NCBI GenBank assembly: GCA_964187785.1
Contig: OZ076409.1
Span: 91,018,001-91,082,000 of the forward strand
Direction: 5' to 3'
Length of the DNA: 64,000 bases
DNA from: Amphiscolops sp. MND2022
Taxonomy: Eukaryota
The notes under the pieces were generated by a model. That model was not told the DNA's origin. It saw nothing but the letters and a program-made list of their open reading frames with translations, and ran no database searches. The position numbers and the translations under genes are program-made. This document shows, in pieces, positions 62,082 through 64,000 of this stretch. How positions within the stretch are numbered: the stretch's first letter is position 1; the number at the start of each line of letters is the position of its first letter.

Positions 62082-63480
62082 CAATTTGCCGAAAATTGAC
62101 TCAGGGACAATTTGCCGAATAATTTTCGGCAAATTGTCCTTCACGTTCGGTGGAATGGGTTTCGGCAAAGTCTACGTGGAATCAGGTCTAATGAAATAGA
62201 TCTAAGAGAGGGGGCAAAACTGATATCTAAATATTTTGATCTAAATATTCAGGTCTAAAAATCTCTTCTAATTTGACCTAATTTGAGAGCAAAAATAACA
62301 GAATAAGACCATTAATGTAGGAATGATGCAAAGCATAAAACGTGCCTCGGATATGTTCCCATTTCCTCTAGTGCCCCGCGGCCCCTTGGGGCCGCTTATG
62401 TTCCCATCTTGCTAAGCGAGGTCGAACAGGAGCAAAGACCTAGCGGGAACGGAGATCGCGAAGCGATCGTAGTGGGAGCTGGTCTTTGCGACGGTGAGGG
62501 CGAGCGGGTGGGCGGAAGTAGGTCGAAGGAACGGGATCGAAAATCAGAGTTAGTCCTCAGGTCGACATACCAAATTTTTTGAATGGGATCGAAACAACTC
62601 GTATCGAAATTTTTATAACGTAGTCAGATATGTTCACATACCCCTAGTGCCCTGAATGCAGGAGCGAAGCGAAGCGGAGCGACGTGCCATATGGCCATGC
62701 CTCAATGTTGCTACTTGGCGAAGAGAGCGAAGCGACCGAGCCATACAACAAATACGATTATACTCGACCGCATTCCATTCGATCCCTGCAATTCGATCAA
62801 AACGTTCGACCTCTGTCCTTTCGACCAGAAAAAATCGACCTATTTACAGCCACCCAGGGCGAGCGTGCATACACCGGATATGCCCCACATGTCATACTCA
62901 GAACACATATTAGATCATAAAGGGGTTAGACCTAAGTATTTTAGATAAAATTAGATCTGAAAGTTAGACCTAACAGTTAGATCTAAATCCATTAGACCCA
63001 AGCAATTAGATCAAAGGCGTACACTCCTTGCAAATTGTCTTTCCGCAAACGGTCACGTATCCGTTTTTCGCTCCTGCGAAGCGTTTGAAATAGATTAGGT
63101 ACTTCTCCTTACCTAATATATATAGAAGTCATATACGGTGTATGCACTCTCGCCCTCACCGTCGCAAAGACCAGCTCCCACTACGATCGCTTCGCGATCC
63201 CGTTCTCGCTAGGTCTTTGCTCCTGTTCGACCTCGCTTAGCAAGATGAGAAGATAGGCGGCCCCAAGGGGCCGCGGAACACTAGAGGAAATGGGGGCATA
63301 TCCGACGGCCAAAAACATTATTTGAACACGCTATGTATGCGGCAAATTCTCCCTGCAAAATTCGGCAACTTCAAAGGGACAATTTGCCGAAAAAAAATCG
63401 GCAAATTGTCCTTCACGTTCGGCAAATTGGGTTTCGGCAAATTGTCTTTCGGCAAATTGTCTTTCGGCAAATTGTCCCTA
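62082..63480. repeat. Composite repeat: GGGACAATTTGCCGAA arrays in both orientations surrounding TAGATC-rich arrays and a foldback element
   Basis: 15-bp unit arrays at 62082-62170 and 63340-63480. Confidence 0.6.
62347..63305. mobile_element. Non-coding foldback element with GC-rich inverted arms of about 157 bp
   Basis: 62347-62504 is the near-perfect reverse complement of 63149-63305. Confidence 0.75.
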
Positions 63481-64000
63481 ACCCGACTAACCCGAAACAA
63501 AACACCTAATAACCATCAAACTCAAGCTTGACAACCCAGCATCAACTCAACCTCTCGAGAACTATGCAGTTAGAGTAAAAACTAATCGAAACGAAACTCA
63601 AACGGAACTACAATTGATTTCGGAAGTGGAACAAGACGAAATTGTGATCCCGGCAACATATTGGTTTTCAAAGCAAATCAGAAATTCAGAGATAGTGTTG
63701 AAGTTAAAATAGCGTTTGCTTCTAATTATCCGAACAAAAAGGTACTGGCACGCCTTTATTACAGCGTGTGGTAGAATACATCTTGAGTTCACAACACCAG
63801 AAGAGACTGATTGTGTTTTGCAGGGATGGAAGGCTGATTTTTTGGGGCGACCCGTCGGTTCGGAGAGCTAGTGAGAGGAATGAACAGCACAGCGCCGTAA
63901 TACGGGGAGTTCCATTAAAAATATCTGACTCGGACTTGACATTAGCTCTTACGGATAATTTTCCAGGTGCCAGAATCAGACGTGTTGTCAAAAGCGAATG

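Noticed and set aside
62082..63480. CRISPR-like or satellite arrays of 15-bp units
   Set aside because: No unique spacers, eukaryotic context, and an inverted arrangement typical of MITE subterminal repeats.
63722..63991. Possible signal-peptide exon of the receptor (ITALCCSFLSLAL)
   Set aside because: No convincing ATG or in-phase donor could be identified, and it lies at the window edge.

Overview
AT-rich animal genomic DNA (spliceosomal introns, a BMP receptor) that is dominated by transposons. The main feature is a young 15.7-kb Ty3/gypsy LTR retrotransposon (10944-26631) with 1638-bp LTRs and a TCAAC target-site duplication (TSD). Its gag starts inside the LTR, and pol follows an A-AAA-AAC -1 slippery site. 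Between pol and the 3' LTR it carries a divergently arranged pair of extra genes. One is a 4-exon antisense gene of about 1245 codons encoding a Zn-finger protein that looks like a catalytically eroded hAT transposase. The other is a sense ORF of about 277 codons, with SUMO-interacting-like motifs, that runs through the polypurine tract (PPT) into the LTR. Other mobile DNA: a 5'-truncated CR1/L2-type LINE, a decayed Mag-like LTR element, two families of Helentron-like non-autonomous repeats, and hAT, Tc1 and MULE-type remnants. Host genes: a spliced PGAP1-like gene whose 5' part lies in a 4.1-kb tandem duplication, and a divergent ALK3/6 (Tkv)-like BMP type I receptor. All family assignments come from motif recognition by eye; no database searches were run.
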